Shown: piece after piece, positions 8,196 through 23,100 of the stretch
Layout of the letters: every line of letters begins with the position of its first letter
Position numbering within the stretch: position 1 is the stretch's first letter
Assembly (NCBI GenBank): GCA_964187785.1
Contig: OZ076415.1
Location: forward strand, 49,476,001 to 49,540,000
Source: Amphiscolops sp. MND2022
Lineage: Eukaryota
DNA: 64,000 bases
Direction of reading: 5' to 3'
Notes under the pieces: model-generated
Database searches by the model: none
Seen by the model: the letters and a program-made list of their open reading frames with translations, nothing else
Told to the model about the DNA's origin: nothing
Program-made: the position numbers and the translations under genes

Positions 8196-11100
8196 ATGTC
8201 ATCAGCAAGCAGCCGATCATCTAAAGGAGGTACAATTGGTGGCACTGACCCTTTGGTCAAAGACAAAGAAGAGTTGAAAAAAATTACCCCAAAATTGATA
8301 AAGTTTTTATCTGAGGTTCCGTATGTGTGCAATGACATCGACTTCAAAAAATCCCTGCCACAGTTGCGCAATCTACCAACTGCAAGGCTTGTGCGCGAGA
8401 TATACAACTTCTTTTTTGAGACTCTATTGAATCTGTCACTTGAGAAAAAAGGTTAGTGATCGCGGTCATCTTTTAGGAACACGTAAATTGAAATCAGTGT
8501 TTAAAATCATACATCGTCTAACATAATTATGTTACATAAATAAAAAAATACATTAAATAGAAAAATACATCCATCATTAAATACTGCTGTTATGCAGCTA
8601 ACACAAGTAAATCACGGGTATTGTGAAATATATTCCTCTCAATTGTTGATATATATTGTTATAAATATGTTGACTTCTGAATAGATAGGGGCTGTTGTGC
8701 TTAGCTAATGGCTCGCCAAGTTTTCACGAATTTCTAGAGTGAAACTTTTCTCAAGAGAATCAAGGAGATTAGTAAATATTTTATTACAAAAGTACGTATT
8801 TTTTAAAAAAAAATAATTTTAAATTCACATCTCTCCTCTTTTTGATTTCAAGCACTTGTTCACAGGGGCTGGTAATTAAAAATTGATATTCCAATTAATT
8901 GCAATTGTGAAGAATACGCATTTCGAAACAGGAATTGTAAAAATTCTTGATGGGAAAGAAAACTAGCTCAGCTTGACCGAAATTTTACAATGTAAAAGAT
9001 TGAACAAACATGAAGATGACGAAGAAAACCAAACTTCGGTAATAGTAGAGAGTGATTTCGCTGAAGCAATTCTGCAAAAGAGGCAGAAAAAGGGGATGAA
9101 TCGAAATACCTTAACTGTCGCTTCTTGTTTCCGACATCCAATATTTTATAGAGGTTTTTTAGTGCTGCTCTGAATGATTTGAGACAGAATATAACCCCCG
9201 AACATTTGGAACAACAGCTGTTCCTTCGGGCGAACAAAAAGTACTGGACCGTTAAAACGGTCAATTCTGTTCTTTCTGATTGATATCGTTTCGTAATTGT
9301 TTTTTCTCATTTTTTACTGTTTCATGTGACTCAATTATTGGTATCAATTATTGATTGGCAAGTATTTTCATCAATTATTAATTGAAACATTTTTTGTCCC
9401 CAATTATTTTCTAATTTTTAATTGCCAGGCCCTGCTTGTTCAGGTACCCATCCGTGTATTGTAGGGCAGACACAACGTCGTCTATTGAGTAAATAACAAT
9501 GTGTTTTCGAAATCGTTTTCCGGTACGGTAGTCGTGCACTTTCTCTTGAATGTGGTATTTTTCCTGTTCTTATGTCCGAAATATTAGCGAAAAATTCCAC
9601 TGGGGGTTGTGATAAAATAATTCGGGGAGCAGGAATAATGTCTTAAGAAAAGTCATGCTCGTTCTCAATCTTTTTACATTGAATTTTAGATATTATTCCT
9701 TTAGACATTATTCCTTAGACTTTTTTGTGAATAAACCTTAGAATTTTCTACCACAAAGTTTGCACGTTGCTTTAAGATTATCTTGTTGCAAAGTAAAAAT
9801 TGATGCACGGGTTTTGAAGGGGGACTTCCCAAACAGTCGAAAATGAAATCCAGCGGCTGGCTTTGACGAAGGCCGACCTGGAGTGGCGCGACGCGCCGCG
9901 GAAAGAGGAAAGCCGAGTCATGCAACCAGTATTGTAGATATTGGATGATATAACGCTAAATTGTAGTCAACTGAATTCTTCTTTTTGTGAGACCTTTTTT
10001 CTTAATCGTCTGTATGAAAAGTCATCCTTTTGAAGCTGTCGGAATCATGAAAAACTTCTACAATACTTGCAATGTAGTTTAATATTGAATCGCTCGCCGA
10101 GCGGAGGTGATTTCCTTCTTCGTAGGCGGAAGATTGAATTTCAACAGCAGTCTGAAATTTATCCTTAATTTTGATTGGTCGACGGTTTCGGAATGTCGTT
10201 TTGGGTATCGGTACAATACAGTTGCGTTCTAAAATGTCGCAATTCCATTGCTTAAAGTTGCAAATTTCCAATCCAAATATCTTGAAAACTGTCATAAATA
10301 CAAATGCCTGCCAGGAAAGTTTCTTTGATTTTTCCAAAAATATTCGTTGCAATTTTCTGCGACGAAAATTTTAAGTTAGACATTGTAAATTTTGATGAAA
10401 TTTCATCAAATTTGCATTTCTCGATTTTCATAGAGTTGAAAAAATAATTTGAAATTCCAATGGATCATAGAAATTTCAAACAAATAATTTTGTAAACTAG
10501 ATAAAATTCTTAAACTTTCGTAGCTTAAAATTTTTGTATGAGAAAGTTTGCGAGATATTTGGTTTTGAATTTTGTCATTTTTTCAATGGAGTTGCGATAT
10601 TTTAGATCGCTTTTGTAAACTCTGTACTCTGTACTCATGTCCATTACTACATGCGCTCCGAATTTATTTTTTTTGGTTGAATTCTGAAACTTTTGAATAT
10701 AAAATTAGTGTATGTCACAAGTTATGAGAAAGACCACTTGGAGGTTTATTTTTCTTCCCCATGTAGCCTTTGAGTATCTAAAATCGAAACACTTACTCAG
10801 TTTTTGACGTTTCCTCGATAAATTGACACGAGGGTAACTTTTTTTCGGACATGTCTTGGCTTGTAGGTTCATCAAACAAGTCTCGGAAATCCAACTGTTT
10901 CAATGTCTAGTAGCTTGTTTCGCTAATAACTAACCTCTTTACATTTGGGTTTTGATCTTTCCCTTGCATGTTTCAGGGCTAACTGAAGTTGTATTGGACT
11001 ATTTGAAAGTATTGGACTATCCATATGTTATTCCGAAAAGCTCAATCACAAGTCCTAACAATTCGTCCTCTTGGCCTTACAACCTGGCTGCTTTCGTATA

Positions 11101-14100
11101 TCTGCGAGACCTCTACGTAGCGAGTTCCGGCGAGGCACAGGGCGATGGCATAGATGACTGCGAAATAGACGTGTTTGATGACGATTTCATGAAAAGTTTC
11201 GCTGTGATGTCGACTGAATCTGAGGAGTTTGCTCAAGTGAAGAGAATGACAAACATCATGGCTTCTAGTGACCTCTGTTTTAGAACTCTCGACGCGGAAG
11301 GTAAGTTCGCCAAGCACAAGTTTCAGCACGAACTTGGATTCTTTTGGAAAAATTCACTTTTCATTGGAAATTGAATTAGAAAGTTTTTAGTCGACGTTTT
11401 TAGTTAACTAATATCAGCCGACTTACAATTACTTTTTCAATCGGCGCTTCATGAAATTAAGCGCGACTATTATAGTGACCTTCCGTCGTTTTATTCCAAA
11501 TCGGTCGAGGTGACCATTTTCATACCGAATGCCAAAATTTCAAAACTTTGACGAATTTATTTGAATTAGAAAATTTTTCGGTATTGGGACTTTGTCGAAA
11601 AAATTTTCAGAAGGGTCCCTCTTCTTTTCTCTTTCAAAAGCCCTTCTAACCCCAAAGAGTCCCATGTGTAACTTTTTTTGGATTTTTTTCATTAAAGTGT
11701 TCTCGCTTTGGTTATTGATGTTTCTGTTGCGGAAAGAAGCGGAAATGCTCAAATTAAAAAACTTTTGAAGTCCAAAAAGCCCCACCTTTTGTTTTTTTTC
11801 GCCACCTAAATTGGGATTTTTTTCAGAAGAGGGCCCTGCAAGCTTTTGAGCGCAAAGTTGTTGAAATCTCACGGTACGTTTTCATGTAGTTCTTTGAAGA
11901 CCTGCTTTTGAAGTAATTCATAACAGTCGCACAGTGCCGAATAAATAGCAACTGACAACCTTCCATGCTCTTTTCGCTTCCAAAAAACAATACCTGAAAG
12001 GTGAACACTTCAGGATCAAAACTCTTACAATGCCGAAAAGAGAGTGACCCTGTTTAAATCTTCTAATTTCGTTGAAAAGATTAAAATATTGATGTATCCA
12101 AAGGGGGACCCTTTCAATGCAACTTGAAATTGCTTCTCTGGGATACACGCACCAAGAAACTGAACTCATGGCGTAAAGTAATCGTTTCAGTGTGAAGTTG
12201 AAAAAAAATAGTCACTGATAACGGTGGCTAAATATTGTGATGAATAAAAACATTTTACATTACCTGTTTCAAATACGGTCGGTTCTGGTCAAATTTACCA
12301 CTCACGCAAAAGTTTAATAAGACGAGAACGTCTGGAGTCGGCGCCTCTAATTTAAGGCACAAAAAGTGCAGTTTTTAAAACATGCGTGGGACATTTTCAT
12401 GAAAACTCCTGTTTCGAACCTCTGTCCCCTCCTTAGTAAAATGCAATATAGTTCGGATATTATGTCAAAAATTCGGATATAGTGCTTTACTTATTTTCGG
12501 ATTATTCGTCAAAAACGCGGATAGATTTCAAAAAATCTATTGTATATATATTGAGAAGACCTAATTCCAGACGAAAAATAAGAGTATTGAGACAGCCTCA
12601 TAGTGCCGGAAAATGTTAAAGGGGGCCTTCAGGCTTTTTTAACATCCAATTTGTTGCTTAATATCAACAAATATGAAATTATTTGCTTTTTTTTATGTTG
12701 AAAAAAACGGTTTTATTTTTTTACGATTTTATATTACGTTGGAAAAGGAATGAACCGGAAACGGCCCTGGTCGGGCCCCGCCCAATGTTCGCAAAAATCG
12801 AGTTTGTCTTTATGCCAATAGAACATTATTGAGAATGTTATCAAATTTACAGTGCGGGAAAATATCCGAAAAGGCACACTTAAGACTCAAAAAGCCTTTT
12901 TCTTAACTGGAAACATCAAAAGCCTGAATTTTTCACTTTTTCGTAAAAACATTTCGTAGTGCTGAAAAGAGGCTTTAGGCCCGCAAAACGCTTTTTAGGT
13001 GGAAATCATTCATGAAAGTGAAAGGGGCACGCTTTGACAAAATGAAATTTTTCTAAAGGAGAGTCGCACAGTGATGTATCCGAAAAAGACCGTATGTCAT
13101 TTCCTCAATTTCTCTCATCCGTTCCATGCGATCGAAAAAATCCTAAGAGGTCACCCTTTAGACCCAGGAAACCGTTTTCTTTTACATGAAACCAAAAATA
13201 GTGTGTCAAAAGTTTTTGTATTTTTTTTCATTTTTTACGTTTTCTGTAAGTCGCATAGTGCTTCGTGCATAGTGATCTCTTCCAGACTTTTGGTTCCGTT
13301 TTTCCCGACTTTAGCAGCAGTGAGGCAGCGCTACTCCGAGTCTTTTTGCAGCTTTATTTTAGTCGGCAGTCAATAGACGTGTGAGATTTGAGTGTTTCTC
13401 AAGCTGCCGACGAAAGTTAGTCAATGGAATTCTCGTGCGATTCATTTGTACGCCAATTTCATTGAGATGAAGCGATTGAGTGTTATTTTTCTCTCGCTGA
13501 GAGCTTCCCCTGCAAGAAAATGCAGATGCGGAACTCTGTATAGGCTAAGTGATAATTTCTTGTGCGAGAAGAATTAAAGGTGATGTAATCTGGTACAGTG
13601 ATTGTGTGCTATATAATGAACAAACAGGAGTGTATAGTTATTCCAGATATGCTCCTATAATTGAACATGAGAACCTATAGTAGAAATAATACTGTGCTCC
13701 GCTGGACCCTTTTTATTCGTTCTAAGATATTAGTAATAATATAGAAATCTTAATTATGCAACTTTTTTCAAATGAATTTTGTTAGCGATTCCGAGTACCT
13801 ACTGAAAAATTCAGATGTTTTTTTTCGACAGTGAGTATAACTGAGATATAAATTTCTCAAGCTGCTGACAGCAATTCGTTTCTCGTGCGATGAAAGTCTC
13901 ATTATGTAAGTCTGAAATAGAAATAAGACTGTGCCTACCATGGGCCTATTTTGAAACAACAAGACGGGAACATCTAAAGTCAGCGCTATATCTAAGGTTC
14001 AACAAGCGCAGTTTTTAAAATTGTAAAGGGGGGAACCTTTCGGCTTTTTGAAAATCCACTTTGTTGCAAAATATCCACTTTGTTGCAAGGGGACCCTTGG

Positions 14101-17100
14101 AGACATTTAAAAAATTCGAAAAATTTTTGATAAAAATGAAAAATGAGACAGTCTCAGTGCACAGTGCCGAAAAAAATTCAAAGAGGGGACTCGATAGTCT
14201 CGTCCGGTTTTGTATATTACGTTAAAAAGAGAGTAAATGGAAGCGGGGACCCTTTGCACTAACTTGGATGCATTTCCGTTAGCCGGTCCAGTAGTTTAGT
14301 AGTTCTGTAAAAAGTGTCTACTACGCATACTATCTGTTATCTGACGAAAAAAAAAGAGAAAAAAACTGCTGCTGTAAAAAATTATTGCCACTGTAATAGT
14401 CGGGCTCATTTTTAATATTTCTGCTTTAGCAGGAATGTTATTGAAATCTCAAACTGTCTACTTTTTTTGTTCAGTACAAATTTTGTCGTGACACTGAATA
14501 ATTCAGATATTTTGTTCGGCAGTGACTGAAAGCGTGGGAAATTCAATTCTAGTGCGATGGAACGAGCGAGTGGTAATGATCCATTCGTATGCTGACGTCA
14601 TTGAGATGAAGCGAGCGAATGTTCGTAATTGTGCTTTCGTTGCCCCGAGTTATTGAGATGAAGCGAATGAGTGTTAATTATTCGTTCGTTGAGAGCTTCG
14701 CCTGCATTCAAATGCGAATGCGAAACTTCGTCTCCGCTTTGTAGTTATATTTTCTTTAGTCGGAGAAGAATTAAAGGCGGTGTAAACTTGTACAGTGATT
14801 ACATGTAATTGTGCGCTAAATAATGATTAAACAAGAGTGTTATGGTATTCCAGATATGATTCTTTTATTAATGAATTTTTTTGTTTCAAAAAAAAATAAA
14901 GACTAAGCAGAAATGGTACTGAGCCCCGGAGGGGCCTATTTTGTTAAAATGCGCCGACTTAATATACTGTTGTATTTCTGATAATTTTTTGCAACTTTTG
15001 CGAATGGGACTTTTATGGAAAACAAATGTCATCAAAGATATTGACGTTTGAAATTGTTGTTAGTAAATTGAGTGTCTTTTTGATAGCCTGGTTTTTACAA
15101 AATTTTTGAAGCAATAAAATTGTAATATCTATTGTTTAATTTACTCCCAGCTACAAAGATCACGTTGTTTTTCGTCGCTGAGAGACTGTAGATTTTTTTA
15201 AAACGATCCCTTGACACATTGAACTATTATTCAAAGTTTGAGCTTTAAGCCGGGTGATTTTTGTTGTTCCTTTCATAATTTAAAGTTGAAATAAAAAGTT
15301 GCTATTTTGATTTTGCTCAGTAGCCTCATGTGACTTGCTTGAATCTTGAATCAGTTATGAACTAATGAGTACTATACAAAATGAATATTTTTCCGAACGG
15401 CGATGGCATTATATTTTCAATGATGTTCAATATGTTCAATTTGAATTATTGTTCCAAGCGGAAAACTCCATGCCAGAAGTCAACTTATGGAGCAGTTCTG
15501 CAGACGGAAATGCGTTTTGTTGTACAGGTTTTTCATTTTTAGTTGGCGCATTTTGGAAAAACATTTGCGCGACTATTACAGTCAGGGGTGTGAAAGATTG
15601 TATTTAAATATATTTTTTCAAAAAAAGTTATATTGTTTGATTCAATTTCAGCGATAAATATATTGTATTTATTGTTCTGCAATATTTTAGAAAAACAATA
15701 GATTGTGAAATATTTTATTGGGCAAAGAAACATTCATTTACAAGGCAAATATCCCTATCCCAATGTTGTTTATTTGTATAAACAAAGACTACACTCTCGA
15801 AATTAGCGAACAGCTTAGTGACTTTCTCCCTTGATAGTCTTTCACTTCTAGTCCGTTTAAAATGCATATTAAATGAAATTTTCTTTCTATTTTGCAATAT
15901 TTTTTGCGCACTATATTGTAGAGCTCTGACAATATTTGCCTTATTTCAATAAATATATTGTATTTTTGCTCCAACTAAATAAATATATTAATTGTATTTA
16001 ATTGCAATATATTACAATGCAATATAAATTTTTACACCTCTGAATACAGTGACTCGTTTTTTTTCGTCAACCGCAGAATATATGCGTAGCGTCGACTTTT
16101 TGAACAGAGTTTGAATTCTAGTAGCCATGCCCGAGTAATAAAGACTACTTGCATCAAAACCACAGGTCTGTAGGTTGATAATGTTTTACGCGCCCGTGTT
16201 ACGCAAAAGGCGAGCCGGTAGGAACTTTTTTGGTGGGAATTGACAGAAAAGAACCAAGTTTACGGAATTCTTTTTACCTGTCCAATCAGATCGACATGGT
16301 TAATAAGTAGACCGGTGATAGAGAGTATAGCCGCTCGATAATAATGCAGAAACAATTTATAGCAGAACCGAATTCATTTCTCAATTGTGATTGGTCGCTC
16401 CGTTCGTCGGTGAGCTGATGAATGATGAAACTATTATGTAACTTTGCAGCCGGCCAGATTGAATGAAAGTCAGTGAATGCAAATTTTTCTATATTACCAT
16501 TCGGTTATATTATCGATCGGCTAATGTCACCGCTGCCAAGTAGACCCACGCCCTTGTGCTGAAAACTTCGCCATGTTCTTTGTTTAGAGAATATTACAAT
16601 GTCCTAAAATTTGACGTAATATTTACATGTAGGGTTGTCTGCGGTTATAAAAAGACTGTAACCGGTTAACCGATATTTCTTAACCGGTTAGCTGAACGGT
16701 CTAGAGCTTTTCAATTAAAATATTTTTTGCAAACAAAAACTTGAATTTTAATATTAAATGAAAGTGCAATGCAAATGAACAGAATATGAATTAACAGAAA
16801 AAAATTAAAACTTTCATAACACAATGTAATACAACAAAATAGACAAGCTAATGACTTGTTTTTTCACTAAGGGTAAATGAGAAAATATGTGAGTGAGCGG
16901 AAACTAGCTAAAATGTATTTGATTTTTACTGCAATAATATTTTTTCGGTTAACGGGTTATGGATTTTTAACCGGTTACAGACTTCTTAACCGGTTAACCG
17001 CCGACAGCTCTATTTACATTAGTTTTCAACAATGCAAAGGAAGTTTTCTAAGCTGTTCAAGTTTGAGAATGCTTGTTCCAGTGAAAGACTTGGAGGTTGC

Positions 17101-20100
17101 CAAGAAATCTCTGCTTGAAGAACAGCGTTCGAAACAGGCAAAATTCGCACATCTGTTTGGGTCTCTAGAGGAGTTTGAAGAGGCCTTGAGAACAGCGAAA
17201 GAACAGGAAAGATATCTGGATGAAGTACGTGAACAAGTAGAGGAGGATCAAAAAGAACAGACTGATTGTCTTCTTGCTTGCAGAAGGGTCACTGAGAACA
17301 TCCAAACATTGAGAGACGAGTGGATCATGAAACTCAAACTGGAGTTCCCTTCATTTGTGAGTCCCAACTTCTATCTGTTTAGGACTTCGGACGTAATTCA
17401 ATTTCTTCAATGAATACAGTACTGTGATTAAGAAAACATCCCCGGGCGATTTTAGGCTCGATTTTCTCAATCTGTTGAGAATTTTGAAAAACATCAGAAA
17501 TAAAAGTTTCGTAGAATTTCATTTAGTGTGTATTAGTGTTTTTAAAATTTTTCTGGGACAAAAATTGAGAATGTTACAGATAGCTGATTTTGAGCAATTT
17601 TGGGACTTTTTTTCCGTTTTTCCAATTTTGACCGTTTTATCCAAGTTTTGTTGGCATGTTTTATGCTCAATTACTTACCACGAATCAACTGAATCCATGG
17701 ATGTAATTGGATTTCAAAAATAACTAACCATTTTCGAAAAGTCAGGCTCGAAAGGTAAAATTTCGTCGATTTACAAGGAAATGAACGTTTCGCGGTAAGA
17801 AAATGCGATTATTTTTTCATTTAAAATGTTTTTGAAACAAAAAAATTATCATTGAATTCTAGAGAATCTGCAGAAACCAATGAATTTAATATTTTAAGAA
17901 AAAATTTCCAAAAACCTGTCCAAAACTGGGAAAATAGCAGAAGTGTTCTTTCTGCTCCTGAGATGTGCCAATCAGAATTGAAAGTGAGAGCAAATAAGCA
18001 ATTCTAATTGGTTGATAACGACGCCCAGCGCATAGGGGGACGATTTCTTAATCACAGTACTGTATTTAGAATTTTTCTGTTCAGAACGTTTTTCGCACGA
18101 CCTATTTCTGAATTTCAAAAAATGTATAGTAAATGTTATTCTAAAAACAAAATTTCGTTTTATTTGAATTTTCTATAACATGCATTAACTGTTTAAGTTT
18201 TCATGCTATTCATACAACCATGATCTCCGTTCACGTAGCTAAATGATCTTTGTTCACGCTTCTACGCGGGAAACCCATTTTTGTGTTAGATTCGTTTGTC
18301 AAACCTTTTCCGATTCAAGTTGCCTCAGCCACGAACGAGTTGATAGAATCATTTTTTGGAAAACGTCGTTTTTACAATTAGATTGAATTTTCCAGATTAG
18401 AGTTGAGTTTCCATCACAGCGAAACAATAGCACTCATTATACACTTATCACGAAAATAGCAGCTGACTGGTTTTGGGCCAAAAATGGGATCCTTTGTGGC
18501 ACTCTGTATCCACTTATTTCTCTACCGAAATCGTTTCATTTTCGGGTGAGCATTTTTGTGTGACATATCTGGCTTGAAAATCCGTTTGACTTTTGACGAT
18601 TACATTTTTTCTATATTGAACCAATCTGGAGATGCATTTTTTGGCTGAGGAAAAAGTTCCTGGATTTTTTCCTCAATTGTGATATCATGCAAACATGGTT
18701 TACATGTTTTACAATTGCGTTTTGAAACAAGATCTTTTAGGTGGGGCGAGGGACAAACATCAATCTAATCGGCAAGGTATTATCCTTTTTAATTTTTTGC
18801 TTAAAGAATACTTAAAAAATTAGTAGACGCTGTTGATTCTGAAAAATAGGACGAAACTTCTAGCGACGAATTTCTACTTCTCTAAAAATGATTTAGAAGG
18901 TATTGATTTTTAGGTCAAATTTTTCAATAATCACTTTGTTCTTACCAGTTTGTACTCAGATATTTGCCACATTGAAATCCTCAGATTTTAATGAATACTC
19001 CATGCCTGAACTCTTTTCAAATTGATTGGTGAAGAAAAATCAAAATGTAGATTAAGCAAAGTTGTGAAAATTGCTGTCACTTGAAATTAATGTACACGAG
19101 AACAATTACACGAGAAAATAGTATTCTATGTGTGGAATATCGTGTCTTGGACAGTTACCATGAATTTGAACGTGGAAGAACTTTTCCCCCTGTGAAATGC
19201 TCAATGAAATTGACTAAAAATCTTGCCACCAATACGGGTTATTCATTTTATTGTATGAATCTGCGCTTTCATCCAAAACTGAAATCCAATTGGGAAGTTC
19301 ACCCAGCAAATACAGCTACTTGAAGCTCGAATATGTCCATTTTGTAGCCTTTATAGCTCGAATGTGTGAGCGTTTTTCAAGATATTTGGAGGATGTGTTC
19401 TGCATTTGGCGGCGATTCGAAGCCGTCACGTTTTTGTTAGAATGACTTTGTATCAGTTTCAATTTTTGATGCAACTTGACGAGACTACCAATTCAATGCA
19501 AAGATATTTTTGCCACTTCAAACCAGCGTCATCTTCAGCGTGTATCGTGAATAACCTTGATAACATCTGTTCAGAAGTCACAACGTGAAAACAAAATGAT
19601 CAATTTTGATTGAAATAGCGTGAACTGCAAAGTTTTTCTGAAAAAGACACCCGGAATTTCCCATGTTCCGCAAAAATTAGTCTTGCATGCTTGAATGCTG
19701 TGTGAACAACTTTCCTACAGATTAGACTAGCTAAATTTCATTTTCCTCCCGTATATCATAAACGTTGAAAAAAAGTTTGTCAGCCCTCGCTTTTTTCTAA
19801 TTTTGCCAAGTCTATTTTTTTTCAATTCGATTTCAACTACTTGAAGATATAAGATGAGTCTTCTAGCACATGTATTTGAAGATAGTGCATAATATGAAAA
19901 GTGCCAAAATGCCTACAAATAATGAAATCGACAAAGTGTTCAATTTTTGTGCTAGTTTCGTGGAATTTTTCAATAGTCTATAGAACTTGAATAGACTTTT
20001 CCCTAGTCTTAGATATCTACAGCGTTTAACGAAAAACAATTAGCTGACCTTTTTGTGCAATTTTAAAACGTTTTCTTTGGAATTATTTAACTGGCTACGC

Positions 20101-23100
20101 TCGAGCCTTCAAAATGTTCAAAAAATCAGGCTGAATCAAAAAAGCCTCGTATATCACTGGTTCCGGGCGCTTCAGCAGCTTGTCTTCAACTCAAAATTAT
20201 TTCTTATAAGATGTCTTTCAGAAAAGTCATCTCAAGTCTAAACTTCGATTTCGAGGAAACTAGCAATTCTCAATCTTTGAGATTTTGGACGCTATTTCTT
20301 GAAAGATGTCTTTCAGAAAAGTCATCTCAAGTCTAAACTTCGATTTCGAGTAAACTAGCAATTCTCAATCTTTGAGATTTTGGACGCCAATTTTAACAGC
20401 GATATACTCTGCTAAAGCTCCATTCTTTCTAAACACTTGTGTGAGTGGTAAATATTGACCGTAAACGACCATATTTGAAGCAGGGAATGCAAAAGATTTT
20501 TGTTCATCGTTTATTTAGTCGCTACTTTTTGGAAAAAGTTGGACTACTACAGTGACTTTTTGCTTTCAACCTCACAGTAAAACTATTACATTTTTACGCA
20601 ATGAGTTCAGTTTCCTGGTGCCTGTATCCCCGAGAAGCAAGTTCAAGTTCCATTGAATGGGTCCCCGTTTGAAGACACGACTTTTAATGTTTTCACGAAA
20701 TTAGAAGAGTTGAACATGGTCCTATCTTGGAATTTTTCGACATTGTAAGAGGTCTGCTTTTGGAAGCGAAAAGTGCCTGAAAGGTCCCCCGTTGTTATTT
20801 ATTGGACACTTGAGAATGTTATGAATTATCTCAAAAGCAGGTGTTCAAATAATAATAATAATTTAATTCATTTGGTCATACATATTACAGATGCAAGTAG
20901 TATACAAACAAAAATTTCTGACCAAATAAGACCTACCAAGGGCCAATGCCCGCTTGAAGGAGGCCTTCCTTAGAGCAGGTTGCTAGCTCATCATTCTCGC
21001 AATCAGAAATTAAATCACAAACAGAGTTCGGAGAAATGAAGCATTTCAATACAGAGAACTAAAACCAGCTTTCCAAAAAAGCTTGAAAAGATACTATGTT
21101 GACTTTTGTGGATAGCACTGTAGGCTTGATAGTTTTGCAAAACTAGTTCCGCAAGTTGTAGTTGTCAACGGTTAGCCAATAGTTTATGGAGCTGAAAAAA
21201 GTTGTTAAATATGGCGATTTTCGAATAAAAACTCGTATCTCACACCCTTGTTGACATAATTTTTATTTAGCGCTTCTGCACACCTGATGCCCGACTTTAC
21301 TGGCCCAGGAGTCTTCAATGCTACAGGGGAGCATAGATGTAGACTCCTAGGAACTCTAACGCGGGATTTTTGCATCAGGTGGCAAAAGGTAATAGAGTAT
21401 TCACTATAGATACATTCATGAACTATCATACTCCATATTCAAGAGAAAGTACCTGTAAAATATCGTCACTATACATCTTCGAAATACAAAAATTTCGCAG
21501 CCCAAAGGTAACTTGTATGAGTTGGAGTAATGACTAGCATTTTGGTGGAAAGCTGGTTTAGTTTCAGTTCAAAATTTACACTTACGAATGAGCAAGCAAT
21601 CAGTGTTAATTAAAGTTGGCACGCTATATCCGATTTTTTTTTCAAAGACCGGTGTTTTTCATATGCGACTTTTTAATTTTTTTCATCGAAGCCCCCCCCC
21701 CTCAATTTGTACCAAAAATGAAACGTTTTGCGACTCTAAACGACTCGTCAAGGTTTTCGGCACTATGCGACTTCAAAAAAATTGCCGGTGACCTTCAAGA
21801 AAATTTTTGAAAATATTTTGGAAAAATTTCGGAAAATTTTTGAAAATTCGAAAAATTTTTTCCTTCAATTTTCTGTTCATTAGAGTGCACAGGCAAGCCT
21901 TATTGCTCAAAGCGCAACATAGTGCTTTCAATATCTCGGATTCCACGACCATACCTTTAACCGTGCAAAATTGGCAATTTACGTCATTTGTCCCGGATTC
22001 CACAAACAAGCATTCCACGGACAAGCAGCGAAATTTTCGTGTCCCGGATTCCACGGAAAGCAGCAAAAAGCTTGCCTGTGCACTGTAATGTTTTTTTTAA
22101 GGTTTTCCGTTGAGGAAGATAGGTTTTTTGCTGTTTTCAGTTGGGGAAGAATGGTTTTCGAGACTTATGCCCATCCCTTTGGGTATTTTTTTGGCGCTGT
22201 AAAATTGATGAAATTTTAACATAGTCCTTTTACCCTTGGTTCTACGTATGATATTGTTTATTTGGTTTTCAAAACTTCGCAAGTGTTTGCGAAGCACGGC
22301 TTCGCCTCTGTGTTACAAAATAGCAGTTTTGATTCCACTTTCGAAGTATCTTTGAAAGAAAGTTTCTCATCAATGATGACACCCAAATACTTTAATTTCT
22401 GTCTGATGATCAATTCGAATCCTTCCATCTGATGGTTTACCGTGTTTTTACCGAAGCAGACAGCTGTTGATTTATCGAGGTTACATTTCAGTTTATTACT
22501 TCTCATCCAATCATCAACCTTGTCATGTATATCAGCCAACGATTGTAAACTGGTGTTCTCATTGTAAAATATATTCGTATCATCGGCAAAAAAAGTAGTA
22601 CAAGCCTTGACATGTCGTGGGAGATCGTTGATATATAACAAAAACAGTAAAGGTCCGAGTACAGACCCTTGAGATACACCGCATTTCACTGACTGGCAAG
22701 ATGATCTGTAGCTATCTAGTTGAAGAACTTGTTTCCTATTGTTCAGATACGATTTCAGCAACGTTAGCACTCTGCCGCGGAAACCGAAGGACTCTAATTT
22801 AGACAGCAAAATATCATGGTCTAATGTTTCGAAAGCTTTTGTGAGGTCAAGGAAAATGCAACAAGAGCTTTGTTTCTGATCCATAGCTTGTCTTATTTGC
22901 TGAATAACACAAGCTAGAGCATCAACTGTTTTATGTTTTTTGCGGAAGCCAAATTGGTTCTCATCCAAGAGACTAAACTTATCAATGTATGTTAGAAAAC
23001 CCGCGTATATAACACGTTCATAAACTTTGCCAAGCACCGGAAGAAGCGAAACTGGTCTATAATTGGAGAAATCTTCTCGATCACCGTCCTTATAGATTGG

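Noticed and set aside
9700-10380. Minus-strand ORFs as a transposase remnant or nested gene
   Set aside because: No recognisable motif, splice pattern or termini.
15461-15530. Possible extra Ndc80 exon (AENSMPEV...)
   Set aside because: Weak splice sites, no coiled-coil character, and exons 2 and 3 already join in phase.
16877-17413. 178-aa ORF as a standalone gene
   Set aside because: Only 17082-17356 is exon. The 5' part is hAT MITE and intron sequence.
21938-22060. Short spaced repeats as CRISPR-like arrays
   Set aside because: Only three imperfect units inside a TA-flanked MITE in a eukaryotic context.
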